NCBI GenBank assembly: GCA_046713235.1
Contig: JBKKBZ010000047.1
Coordinates: 1,828 to 65,827 of the forward strand
Source of the DNA: Actinomycetota bacterium
GTDB lineage: Bacteria; Actinomycetota; AC-67
Direction: 5' to 3'
DNA length: 64,000 nt
This document shows, piece by piece, positions 43,801-52,139 of this stretch (position 1 is the stretch's first letter; each line of letters opens with the position of its first letter). The notes beneath the pieces are model-generated. The model saw only the letters and a list, made by a program, of their open reading frames with translations, ran no database searches and was not told where the DNA came from. The position numbers and the translations under genes were made by a program.

Positions 43801-46211
43801 CATTCCGGACCGCCCCCGGCCGTGGCGCTCACGATGTGCACGCTGAACGAGCCGTTCGGCGCCAGCTCTGGCTTGGAGCACGTCAGCGTCTGGGCACCGG
43901 TCTCGGAATTGGTCGCGATCGAGCAGGTCGGGCCGCCGGTGGTATCGGCCACCACGATCGTCCAGTTGACCCCCGCACCCTTCGGGAGAGCGTCGGTCAA
44001 TGTCACATTGTTCGCGTTGCCGGTGCCGGTGTTCGTCACGGTGATGACGAAACCGATCTGCTCGCCGGCATCCACCGTCGCGTTGTCGGCTGTCTTGGAG
44101 ACCTGCAGGCCCGGGCAGTCCACGGTGACGCCTGATGTCCCGCCGACCCGTGGGTGGTTCGTGGCCTGTGCCTGTGCTGTGTTCGGGTAGGTGGAGTTCT
44201 CACACGTATCTCCCCCACCGGCCGTCGGGCTGACGACGTGAACCGAGAAGCTGTCATCGTCCGGCATGCCGGCCTTGGAGCAATTGAGCGTCTGCGCTCC
44301 CGTAACCGCGTCCGCCGAGATGGAGCACGTGGGCGACCCGGTGGTGTCGGCGGTGACGATGGTCCAGTTGGTGCCGGCGCCGGCCGGAAGCGCGTCGGTC
44401 AAGGTGACGTTTGACGCCGCCCCCGGACCCGCGTTCGAGACCACGACGACGAAGCCCATCTGCTCGCCGGCGTCGATGGACGCCGCATCTGCGGTCTTGG
44501 TGACCGTCAGGGCCGGGCACTGAACCGTCACCGACGCTCGTGAGGTCACCTGCGGATGGTTCGTCGCCTGTGCTTGTGCGGTGTTCGGATAGGTATCCGC
44601 AGCACAAGTGTTTGCCGGTCCTGCCGTGGAACTGATCACGTGAACGTGGAAGCTGTCGTTGGCCGGCATACCGGCCTTGGAGCAGTTCAGGGTCTGCGCC
44701 CCCGTCTCGTCATCGGCCGAGATGGAGCAGGTCGGCGAACCGGCGGTGTCGGCCTCCACGATCGTCCAGTTGAAGCCGGGACCCATCGGGAGAGCGTCGG
44801 TAAGCGATGCGTTGAGAATCTCACCTGGGCCGGTGCTGGTCACGGTGATGCCGAAGCCCACCTGCTCGCCGGCGTTCACCGTCGGGGTGTCGGCCGTCTT
44901 CAAAACGCTCAGACCCGGGCAGTTGACGGTGGTCGAAGCGCTCGCTTGAACCTCCGGGTTGTTGTCTGCCACCACGGTCGCCGTGTTGTTGTAAGTGGTC
45001 TCGGTGCAGCCGGTGGCGCCCGATGTCGGACTGGTCACGTGGACTGTGAAGCTTGATCCACCCGGCATGGTCGCTTTCGTGCACGTCAAGGTCTGGGTGC
45101 TCGGTCCCGTCGCCGGGCTGATCGAACACGCGGGATCTCCGGTAGTCCCGGCGACGGTCCAGGACAGCCCGGCCTGCGCCGTTCCCGTGGGAAGGACGTC
45201 GGTCAGCACGACGTTGCGCGCGTCACCCCCAGGGTTCGTTACTGTGATCGTGAACCCGATCTGCCGACCTGCGGTGACACTCGCGGCGTCGGAAGTCTTT
45301 TCGATTTGCAATGCCGGCGGCAGAATAGCCGCGCCCTGGATCTGGTTATCGCGCTGGCCGACCGACTCCCCGTCCGCCGCCGCCCACTTGATGTGGTACG
45401 GGCCGCCGCTGATGTTGGAGGAGCCGAGTCCGAGACCCCAGCCGCCGTCGCCCACGATGCTGGCTGCGGTGTGACCTCCGAAGAGCAGCTGCACGACGGT
45501 GTCCGCGTCGGCCTTTCCGTCGCCGTTTGCATCCGCGATCGCGTATTTGACGTTGATCGCGGCGTAGTCGTCACCGGTCGCTCCCGCGACGTTGTCGTGG
45601 ATGGGATCGGAGTAGTACACATCGGTGAGCGTCCCGCCGTACATGGTCATGACACGGCCGGGGCCGGCCGGGACCATATGCGCGGCGGTAACGCGGCTCG
45701 CGCCTCCGGCAACCGGAGGAACTTCAGTCGGGTCGTCGGGGATCGGGTAAGTCGTGGGGTCGCCACCGGGACATTTGGTGACCCCGGAGCACCGGTCGTC
45801 GGCGTCGGTCGGGTCGCCCGTAAGATCGGTCTGCGTGAAGTTCCAGGAAGCCAGCGAGTCGTAGGCGTGAATGCCATCGGCGACCCCGCCCTTGCGAGCC
45901 TGGTACCGGAAGGTCAGCGTGCGATCGACAGCGGAGGTTCCCTTGGGGACTTCGAGCATCGCGCGTTGCGGGGTGACCTCACCTTCCCGGTAGTGAGAGT
46001 TGCTGCCCTGAAGCGTTCCGTTTATCCAGCCGCCCGGACACCCAAGGCTCGTGCTGGGAACCTTCCCGTTGGCACACTGCGAATAGTCGAGGACCCTGAC
46101 CCCGCCACTTGCGGCAGAAGCCGGGAGGACTCCCGCGAAGACCGAGACGGTTGCGAAGGCGAAGATGCCCGCCAGGCGAGCGATTCGCGGTGCGGATGTC
46201 GAGCGTGCCAT
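40848..46211 (-). CDS. giant secreted repeat protein (1787 aa): N-terminal domain, 7+1 DUF11-type repeats, duplicated C-terminal module
   Basis: ATG at 46211 with GGGGGGAAA upstream. Signal peptide RIARLAGIFAFATVSVFAGVLPASA. Repeats of the form KTAD..TVDAGEQIGFVITVTN.G.G.ANNVTLTDALP.G.G.NW match the DUF11/TIGR01451 conserved repeat. No LPXTG or other anchor seen. Confidence 0.85.
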   Translation of the reverse strand: MARSTSAPRIARLAGIFAFATVSVFAGVLPASAASGGVRVLDYSQCANGKVPSTSLGCPGGWINGTLQGSNSHYREGEVTPQRAMLEVPKGTSAVDRTLTFRYQARKGGVADGIHAYDSLASWNFTQTDLTGDPTDADDRCSGVTKCPGGDPTTYPIPDDPTEVPPVAGGASRVTAAHMVPAGPGRVMTMYGGTLTDVYYSDPIHDNVAGATGDDYAAINVKYAIADANGDGKADADTVVQLLFGGHTAASIVGDGGWGLGLGSSNISGGPYHIKWAAADGESVGQRDNQIQGAAILPPALQIEKTSDAASVTAGRQIGFTITVTNPGGDARNVVLTDVLPTGTAQAGLSWTVAGTTGDPACSISPATGPSTQTLTCTKATMPGGSSFTVHVTSPTSGATGCTETTYNNTATVVADNNPEVQASASTTVNCPGLSVLKTADTPTVNAGEQVGFGITVTSTGPGEILNASLTDALPMGPGFNWTIVEADTAGSPTCSISADDETGAQTLNCSKAGMPANDSFHVHVISSTAGPANTCAADTYPNTAQAQATNHPQVTSRASVTVQCPALTVTKTADAASIDAGEQMGFVVVVSNAGPGAASNVTLTDALPAGAGTNWTIVTADTTGSPTCSISADAVTGAQTLNCSKAGMPDDDSFSVHVVSPTAGGGDTCENSTYPNTAQAQATNHPRVGGTSGVTVDCPGLQVSKTADNATVDAGEQIGFVITVTNTGTGNANNVTLTDALPKGAGVNWTIVVADTTGGPTCSIATNSETGAQTLTCSKPELAPNGSFSVHIVSATAGGGPECKDDTYPNTAKAQATNHPEVTGISSVQVNCPVLTATKTADADTVDAGEQIGFVVSMSNSGTGTANNASLTDALPSGLGVNWSIVEADTTGGPTCAISTDDETGAQTLTCSKTELGPGGSFSVHVISQTAGGGAACVDSNYPNTAQAQATNHPVVTAKDTVQVNCPVVTATKVADNATVDAGEQIGFVITVANSGTGNANNVTLTDALPTGPGIAWSIVDADTTGDPNCAISTNAVTGAQTLTCSKAELAPDSSFSVHIVSDTAGGGAECKDDTYPNTAQVRATNHPDLNPSSSVTVNCPVLVIVKTADASPVMGGLAIGFRITVSNSGAGNANSVSLSDALPVGPGINWTIVAADTTGDPTCAISTNTETGAQTLTCSKTELAPTSAFSVHITSPTSGGLDCITRLYSNTAQAQATNHPAQRSTATIQLDCPRLSVTKTQCPGNAVPGGYWPYTLGYANTGAVATTNTLLKDTIPVGTSVVSTGGGTQFGNTVSWSLGTLQPGASGSKTLVLLIGQGVAHGALLDNLVELTSDQTTAPPYHLLATVTTAGARTSASSYGLKVDALGGLVKLPPQNPRNTEAPGAKQNDQGEQLAVPANPDVSARVLRGTSQSRVHTAPDALGKSTSTATATVLDVKVLGGLVTADTVTGVSQTVASALGASYNSRGSRFQNLVVNNTEYTNVAPNTRVRIPDPLIPTDTIADVYLYEQGGVAGLSGNQWTSRHFVNMIRVVLLKPWRGLALGTEVIVSHAGTPSETPPTSPATSFPSGLACGPTPDIVSAKAYTAFVEGTLGGKQLALATYGVAEIGPRGGSDSNGTPTVIIPPATGTTLRTTTVGNSACGSVLGTNGCGLAAGSKLPFGSSRSVVHDTNILDGLITAGILDVSAKSTADGTTSPPTVLTAKFVDLKIAGLPIANTPAPNTVRIVDLPGQLKVEIRLNEQILNTTSSTSTAGTVNAIHVLVYSGSGAVIAEIIVASARSGARNL
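42504..45311 (-). repeat. seven head-to-tail coding repeats of 399-402 nt (133-134 aa) inside the giant gene
   Basis: In-frame unit boundaries (first Leu/Val after the CP-x junction) are at 45311, 44912, 44510, 44108, 43706, 43304, 42902 and 42503. Units 2-6 are exactly 402 nt. Each unit has four conserved Cys. A divergent eighth DUF11 unit follows (42503 down to about 42170). Confidence 0.9.
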
Positions 46212-46428
46212 GTGTTTCCCCCCAAGGGGCCGCCACTCCCAAACCGGTGAACGGTTCGCCGCGGCAAGCCCAATCGCGTTTTGTCCCACCCCGGCCTGGG
46301 CCCCCGCCCGGCACAAGGAGGATTGAAGTCCAATGACCATCAACGATGCCGTTCCCGGCGTCGAGTGTCAATGGGCAGACCACATGCCAAAACGGCAATG
46401 ACGGGACCAACACATTGAAGAAATGACC

Positions 46429-46474
46429 AAAACGAAACCCGAGCGCGAGGCCCGACCTTGGGCCGGGCCTCGCG
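46429..46474 (-). terminator. intrinsic terminator between the two giant genes
   Basis: Perfect 11-bp stem CGCGAGGCCCG (46444-46454) / CGGGCCTCGCG (46464-46474). On the minus strand it is followed by CTCGGGTTTCGTTTTGG. It lies 19 nt downstream of the stop at 46493. Confidence 0.6.
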
Positions 46475-46492
46475 AGATGGCAGCTGCTGCGG

Positions 46493-49018
46493 TTACCCGA
46501 ACGTGGCGCCCGAGTAGGCCTCCGCGACGATAACCTGCACGCCGGGCTGAAGCCCGAGCACATTGAGCGGCGACGTCACGACGAGCCTGATGGCCCGCAC
46601 GGTCAGCCCGCTGTGGGTTGCTCCGCCGCAGGGCGTGACCGGTCCCGGCTCGGGGAACGGCGGCTGCGGCGGCGCTCCATCGCAAAGTTGCTCGTTGAGC
46701 ACCACGAACCCGAGGCCGGCGATCGGGATCACAGTGTTCGGCGCCGGCGTCACTCCAAACGTGACCGGCGGCGAGCCGGCCACATAGAGGTTAAGCAACT
46801 CCGTTCCGGCATCACTCGAACTCGCTCCCGAACCGTTGCCCACGCTGCGGGCACGGGACTTCACCACGCCGGCCTGGACCGTGCACGTCGTGCCCGTGTG
46901 CAGCACGCAGACGTCCACAGTGTCGGCCTCGCTGCTCGCAACGGCCTCGCTACCGATGGACCCTGTGCTCTGCGTTTCCCACGCTCCGGCGAAAAGCGTC
47001 GATCCGTCCGCCGGGACCTTCAGCACGTCCAGGTTCGACCCGTCGTTCCCGCCGTAGACCGGGACGCTCGCGTACCCGACCACAACCGGAAGGATCTCCG
47101 GCGTGGTGTTGGCGCTCGCGATGAAAGCGTGACCGGCCACTCCCTGGTTCGGGCAGAGCGGGCCCGACGGGAACTGCGCGTGCCCCACGGCCCGAGAGAT
47201 GGTGATGTCGGTCGTCTGCTTACCGGGCACCAACGGGTCGCGGTCCACCGCATGGAGGTAGATCATCGTCACCGAGGTGTCGGCCACGAAGTTGCCGGTG
47301 GTCTCCCCGGCGACCGACCGCAGCGTTACGAAGCTCTTGTCCTTGCCGTCGCGGCCGAAGAGCTGGCTGAGGTCGATCTCGGTTCCCGGTGCCGCGTTGT
47401 CGTAGAGAACCGGCTGTCCGGGACCGGTCTTGCCGTCGGTGTCGATCAACAGGTTGACGAACCCCGTGCCGTTGGTGTTGTAGGAAGATCCGAACGGCCC
47501 CGCCTGGGCCAATGCCACGGCCCGGACTACTTCGGCCGTCAGGACTCCGTCCAGGATGTTCAAGCCGGCCACCTCGGCGATGCTGTTTTGCTCGGCCATG
47601 TACGGAGCCGTGGTCACCGTGCTAGTCGCCGTTCCCCCGACCACCCGGGCGTTGAGGATGCTCGGGGGAAGGGGCGGCGCCGGCAGCGTCACATCGGCCA
47701 CGTAGGACGAATCCCTGTCGGGATCTCCGGGGCCGGTCTTGGTACTCACGGCGGCTGGCTTCGGGTAAAGCTCATCGATCCCTAGCCCGGTGTCGGTGAT
47801 GTGGATGCCCGACGCAGTCCCGTTTGCGGCCGCGTTCGTCGCGTCGGGAGCCGGAGGACCGACCGTGACGCAAGCCTGCGACGAGGCGTCGGGTGTCCCC
47901 GGCTGTTGCGGGCTGTCCACCGTCGCCGTGTTGCACAACTGGCATTTCGCCGGGAGCTGGTCGACCCTGATGGTCAGCGAGACCGTCCCCCCGCCTCCCG
48001 GCGGGATCGGCCCTGCGATGTTCCAGGTCACGGTGCCGCTCGAATGGGTGCAGCCGCCGGTGCAGCCCACATAGGAGGTGCCGGCCGGCAGCACGTCCTT
48101 GACGACGGCCGACCCAGCCGTCCCAGGGCCGCTGTTCGAATAGTCGATGTCGAAGGTGACGTTGCCACCGAGACCGACGGTGGAGGACCTCGCCCGCTTG
48201 GTCAAGCCCATCGTCGGGGGCGGGCACAAGTCGTTCCGGCGTTGGGTCCGGTCCTTCAGCGCCGACGTTATTGCGACCGAGGACCGGGTCTTCATCCAGG
48301 CGCTCGTGAAGTTGGGGCAAATGTCCCCGATGGTCCTGGTCAGGTTGAGCGACAGCTCGCCGAACGCGCCGGTCGCGACACCGGGGTCGGCCAGGGTAAC
48401 ACCGCTGACCGTGGCGTCGTAGGTCGTGTGCTCGACCAGCTTGCTGCTGTCCTCCTCGAAAACGCCGATACCGGGCCCCGTGAACTTCCACCGGAACGCT
48501 CTAATGGAGATCTTGCTGCCGCCGCCATCGAAATCGAAGGCCAGCAGGATGTCGCCGTTGGTCCGCAGCGGCACGCCCGGGCAGAACTCGGCGTCGGACT
48601 GATTGAACTCGTAGTCCACATCCGCGGTCCCGTTGGTGCTGAGGCGCAGCCACCTGGCGTAGATGTACTTCTCCTTGGCCCCACCCGTCCCAGTCGGCAA
48701 CTCTCGGAACGCGATCGCGCCGGAGATGAGATCGTCCTTCTGCGGCGGCAAGCCGTTGCCGCAGACCCACCCGCCGGGCTCGTTTTGCTTCGCGCTTCTG
48801 AAGATGTCGTCTTTGTTGGATTTCTTTGCGTCCGACCACGGTTTGAGAACCGGCTCGGACAAGCTTACCCAGTCGATCGGCTCACTTGCCGCGTTCTCGG
48901 CGCTATCGCCGTCGATCTCGAAACGGCCGACCGTGCCGCCCATCGACGTTGCGTATGCCGCTTGCCCGGCCAGCAGGAAGAAAGCCAGCCCCAGCACAGC
49001 GATGGTGTTCTTTCGCAT
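46493..49018 (-). CDS. large secreted protein (841 aa): N-terminal beta-rich domain, one DUF11-type unit, duplicated C-terminal module shared with the neighbouring giant protein
   Basis: ATG at 49018 with GGGGGGA upstream. Signal peptide MRKNTIAVLGLAFFLLAGQAAYA. DUF11-like GGNVTFDIDYSNSGPGTAGSAVVKDVLPAGTSYV. C-terminal modules with NILDGVLTAE, TPAPNTVIPI and the terminal VIVAEAYSGA. Confidence 0.85.
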   Translation of the reverse strand: MRKNTIAVLGLAFFLLAGQAAYATSMGGTVGRFEIDGDSAENAASEPIDWVSLSEPVLKPWSDAKKSNKDDIFRSAKQNEPGGWVCGNGLPPQKDDLISGAIAFRELPTGTGGAKEKYIYARWLRLSTNGTADVDYEFNQSDAEFCPGVPLRTNGDILLAFDFDGGGSKISIRAFRWKFTGPGIGVFEEDSSKLVEHTTYDATVSGVTLADPGVATGAFGELSLNLTRTIGDICPNFTSAWMKTRSSVAITSALKDRTQRRNDLCPPPTMGLTKRARSSTVGLGGNVTFDIDYSNSGPGTAGSAVVKDVLPAGTSYVGCTGGCTHSSGTVTWNIAGPIPPGGGGTVSLTIRVDQLPAKCQLCNTATVDSPQQPGTPDASSQACVTVGPPAPDATNAAANGTASGIHITDTGLGIDELYPKPAAVSTKTGPGDPDRDSSYVADVTLPAPPLPPSILNARVVGGTATSTVTTAPYMAEQNSIAEVAGLNILDGVLTAEVVRAVALAQAGPFGSSYNTNGTGFVNLLIDTDGKTGPGQPVLYDNAAPGTEIDLSQLFGRDGKDKSFVTLRSVAGETTGNFVADTSVTMIYLHAVDRDPLVPGKQTTDITISRAVGHAQFPSGPLCPNQGVAGHAFIASANTTPEILPVVVGYASVPVYGGNDGSNLDVLKVPADGSTLFAGAWETQSTGSIGSEAVASSEADTVDVCVLHTGTTCTVQAGVVKSRARSVGNGSGASSSDAGTELLNLYVAGSPPVTFGVTPAPNTVIPIAGLGFVVLNEQLCDGAPPQPPFPEPGPVTPCGGATHSGLTVRAIRLVVTSPLNVLGLQPGVQVIVAEAYSGATFG

Positions 49019-49217
49019 CCCAATCCCCCCTGAGAAATGACCCGAATGCGTTGCCCACAATGGAACAACTCACACAAATTCTCAGGCAAGACGACCACAA
49101 AGTCAAGAGCATCGAGCACCCAGTGCGGTGATGGATCTCTCGGGACAAGTTCGTGAAACGGAGATTTGGACGTAGGACCGGATGTCGGGTCGGCCTCGGG
49201 CCGCCCAGAACGCTTGG

Positions 49218-50384
49218 TCAGGGACGGCCAAGCTTGGCCAAACGCTCTCCGGCAGCGTGGAGGGTGTCGAGTCTCTTGCAGAACGAGAATCTGAGCTTGT
49301 CGCGCCCAAGCTCCGGCCGCGAATAGAACGAGGAGCCGGGAACGCTCGCCACGCCGACATCGGTCACCAGATGCCGCGCTGCGGCCACGTCGTCGTCGAA
49401 TCCGAACCCGGAGATATCGGTCATGATGTAGTAGGCTCCGGACGGTTTGTAGGTCTTGAAGCCCGCTCCTTCCAAAATGCCGAGCATGAGGTCGCGCCGC
49501 TCCAGATAATCCGCCCCGAGCGTCGCGTAGTAGGCATCGGGCAGCCCCATTGCGACCCGACCGGCCTCCTGCAGCGGCGCCGCCGCTCCTACCGTGAGGA
49601 AATCGTGCACCTTGCGAATGCCGTCGGTGAGTGCCGGCGATGAAATCGTCCATCCCACACGCCAGCCGGTCACCGAATAGGTCTTCGACAGGGCATTGAT
49701 GGTGACGGTGTGGTCTTCCATCCCGGGGATGGTCGCGGGAGGGACGTGTTCGGTGCCGTCGTAGGTCATGTGTTCGTAGATCTCGTCGGTGAACGCGACC
49801 ACGCCCCAGTGCCGGCACAGGCGCGCAATGGCTTCGAGCTCCTCACGGGTGAACACCTTGCCGGTGGGATTGTTCGGAGTGTTGACGATGATGCCGCGAG
49901 TCCGTTCGTTAAACGCCCCTGCCAGCTCTGCCTCGTCGAACGTCCAGTCGGGTTCGTGCAGCGTCACATACCGAGGTGTGGCGCCGGACAGAATCGCGTC
50001 CGGACCGTAGTTCTCATAAAAGGGTTCGAACACGACGACCTCGTCGCCGGGATCGATGACCGCGAGCTGAGCTGCAATCATCGCTTCAGTCGAGCCACAG
50101 GTCACGCAGATCTGACGGTTGGGATCAACCGGTATTCCGTAGGTTCGCTCGAACTTTGCCGCGATCGCTTCCCGGAACCCCTGTGCGCCCCAGGTGATGG
50201 CGTACTGATTGATATCGGCGTCGATGGCCGCCTTCGCCGCGCCCTTCAACTCCTGAGGACACGGGAAGTCGGGGAAACCCTGTGCAAGGTTGATGGCACC
50301 GTGCGCGACGGCGAGCCGGGTCATCTCTCGAATCACGGACTCGGTGAAGCTGGCCGCCTTGCGAGAAATACCGATGCTCCGCAC
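49218..50384 (-). CDS. class I/II pyridoxal-phosphate-dependent aminotransferase (MtnE/YbdL/kynurenine aminotransferase-like)
   Basis: INLAQGFPDF, NNPTGKVF, PLP-lysine context NALSKTYSVTGWRVGW. GTG at 50384 is preceded by GGAAGGGGG. The N-terminal 250 codons of track ORF 49218..51134 overlap the upstream gene out of frame and are rejected. Confidence 0.9.
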   Translation of the reverse strand: MRSIGISRKAASFTESVIREMTRLAVAHGAINLAQGFPDFPCPQELKGAAKAAIDADINQYAITWGAQGFREAIAAKFERTYGIPVDPNRQICVTCGSTEAMIAAQLAVIDPGDEVVVFEPFYENYGPDAILSGATPRYVTLHEPDWTFDEAELAGAFNERTRGIIVNTPNNPTGKVFTREELEAIARLCRHWGVVAFTDEIYEHMTYDGTEHVPPATIPGMEDHTVTINALSKTYSVTGWRVGWTISSPALTDGIRKVHDFLTVGAAAPLQEAGRVAMGLPDAYYATLGADYLERRDLMLGILEGAGFKTYKPSGAYYIMTDISGFGFDDDVAAARHLVTDVGVASVPGSSFYSRPELGRDKLRFSFCKRLDTLHAAGERLAKLGRP

Positions 50385-50398
50385 GTTTCCCCCTTCCG

Positions 50399-51364
50399 TC
50401 AACCGCCGTAACCGGCCGTCGCCTCGGTCGAGGAAAGATACTTCATTCCCGGATCGCACTCCCCGCGTGCCGGGCAGCCACGGCACCACCCGCCCGGCGT
50501 CAGGTCGGGGGTTCGCCGGCCCGCGCGCAGCTCGATGATCTTGCGGGCACCGTCCACCGTCCGGCGGACTGCGCTCGCGAGAGTGTCCTCCGTTACGTCC
50601 TCGACCGAGAACGTCCCGGCATCCAGGTAGTAGGCGGCTACCCGGAATGGGGGCACACCGCTGCGGAGGGTCTCGAGCAGCGCATAGAAACGAAGCTCTT
50701 CTGCGTGCTGTGCGTAGGCGCCTCCGGTCTTGAAATCGATGATGACCACACGCCCCTCGGTGCCGCGCGGGCGGCCGAGCGCGAAGTCGAGCTTTCCGCT
50801 GAGCAGGATCCGGCCGTCGCACAGGTCCACGCGGACCGGGGACTCGACGCGTGGAAACCACGCGGGAGAGATCGGCGGCCAGTCGCTCAGGAACTTCACG
50901 ACCGCATCGTTGGCCTCGCCCTTGAGTCGCGCGATCTCCGGGGCAGGCAGAGACTTCAGGAACGGTCCGGCTTGGCGGTCCCGGTCCATCAGCGCATTCA
51001 CCGCGCCTTCGATGAGCTCGAGCGGCGCCCCGACCTCGGGCGAAACGATCGACAGTTGGATTGCCTCGTGCGCAACTCTCCCCTTGACCATCGACACCGT
51101 CCAGGCAAAGGGCCGGCGCTCTCCTGCGGCCCAAAGGCCCTCACATGAGTGCGCCTGGTGCAGCGGATACTTGGAGACGACGCTCGAGGTGCCGGGCGCG
51201 ACCATCTCAGCCCAGGGCGCGAGCCCCCGTTCGATCTCGGCCCGGAGCCCGGCCGCGAGCCCGGGGTCGAAACGCCGGCGCAGCGCGGGGTTCTCGACGG
51301 CCAGCAGCTCGTCGAGGATGCCCTCCTGGGCGGGGGTCAACTCCGCTCGATCGATCACCGACAC
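50399..51364 (-). CDS. PD-(D/E)XK nuclease family protein with Cas4/AddB-like four-Cys cluster
   Basis: GKLD...VVIIDFKTG...ELRFYALL nuclease motifs. One N-terminal Cys (HSCEG) plus C-terminal CRGC-x5-C, as in Fe-S RecB-family nucleases. Start at GTG 51364 (or 51358). Confidence 0.7.
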   Translation of the reverse strand: MSVIDRAELTPAQEGILDELLAVENPALRRRFDPGLAAGLRAEIERGLAPWAEMVAPGTSSVVSKYPLHQAHSCEGLWAAGERRPFAWTVSMVKGRVAHEAIQLSIVSPEVGAPLELIEGAVNALMDRDRQAGPFLKSLPAPEIARLKGEANDAVVKFLSDWPPISPAWFPRVESPVRVDLCDGRILLSGKLDFALGRPRGTEGRVVIIDFKTGGAYAQHAEELRFYALLETLRSGVPPFRVAAYYLDAGTFSVEDVTEDTLASAVRRTVDGARKIIELRAGRRTPDLTPGGWCRGCPARGECDPGMKYLSSTEATAGYGG

Positions 51365-51457
51365 AGTATGACCGCGGAGTGTGACCCGCCCCGCAGGCGG
51401 GAGAAAACGGAACTTCGCCGTCGATAGACTCTGGAGTCCGGCTGCCGAGGAGGACGT

Positions 51458-52111
51458 GTGACCATTCCCATCGTCGACGAACGCATCGACGGATATATGC
51501 AGAGCTTGCTCCGACGGCACGACAACGCGCTGGTACTCGAGATGGAGGCGGTTGCCAAGGAGAATGGCTTTCCGATCGTGGGGCGCATGGTCGGAGTGAC
51601 GCTCGAGATCCTCGCGCGATCCATCGGGGCCCGCCGCGTGTTCGAGCTGGGATCGGGCTACGGCTATTCCGCGTACTGGTTCGCGAGGGCCGTGGGAGAC
51701 GGCGGCGAGGTTCACCTGACCGACGGTGATCCGGGCAACGAAACGAAGGCGCTCGACTACCTCGGGCGTGCCGGACTAGGCGAACGTGTCCGGTTCCACG
51801 TCGGGGACGCCTTGTCGTCCTTCTCGGCCGTACAGGGCGACTTCGACATCGTCTACTGCGATATCGACAAGCACGGGTATCCGGGTGCCTGGGCGGCGGC
51901 GTGTGAGCGGATCCGCGTCGGCGGCTTGTGGTTGTGCGACAACGTTCTTTGGTCCGGCCGGGTGGCCGAAGACCCGGTGACCGACGACGTCCGGCCCGGC
52001 TGGACTGAAGCGATCAGGCAGATGAACGAGTCGATCGCCGGCGACGACCGTTACCTGGCAACGATCCTTCCCATCCGCGACGGAGTCTCGGCCGCCATCC
52101 GGCTGCATTAG
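51458..52111 (+). CDS. class I SAM-dependent O-methyltransferase (caffeoyl-CoA OMT-like)
   Basis: VFELGSGYGYSAYWFA SAM-binding motif and FDIVYCDIDK. RBS GGAGGA lies 4 nt upstream of the GTG. Confidence 0.9.
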   Translation: MTIPIVDERIDGYMQSLLRRHDNALVLEMEAVAKENGFPIVGRMVGVTLEILARSIGARRVFELGSGYGYSAYWFARAVGDGGEVHLTDGDPGNETKALDYLGRAGLGERVRFHVGDALSSFSAVQGDFDIVYCDIDKHGYPGAWAAACERIRVGGLWLCDNVLWSGRVAEDPVTDDVRPGWTEAIRQMNESIAGDDRYLATILPIRDGVSAAIRLH

Positions 52112-52139
52112 CGCCGGGCATCCGGGAGACACGATTTCC

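Noticed and set aside
42504-45311. Possible CRISPR-like or DGR-like repeat structure
   Set aside because: The repeats are 399-402 nt, contiguous with no spacers, in frame and protein-coding. No reverse transcriptase, no cas genes and no adenine-specific variation pattern is evident.
50385-51134. N-terminal 250-codon extension of the aminotransferase ORF (track ORF 49218..51134)
   Set aside because: It overlaps the PD-(D/E)XK nuclease gene in another frame and is Arg-rich. Aminotransferase homology begins right after the GTG at 50384, which has a strong RBS.
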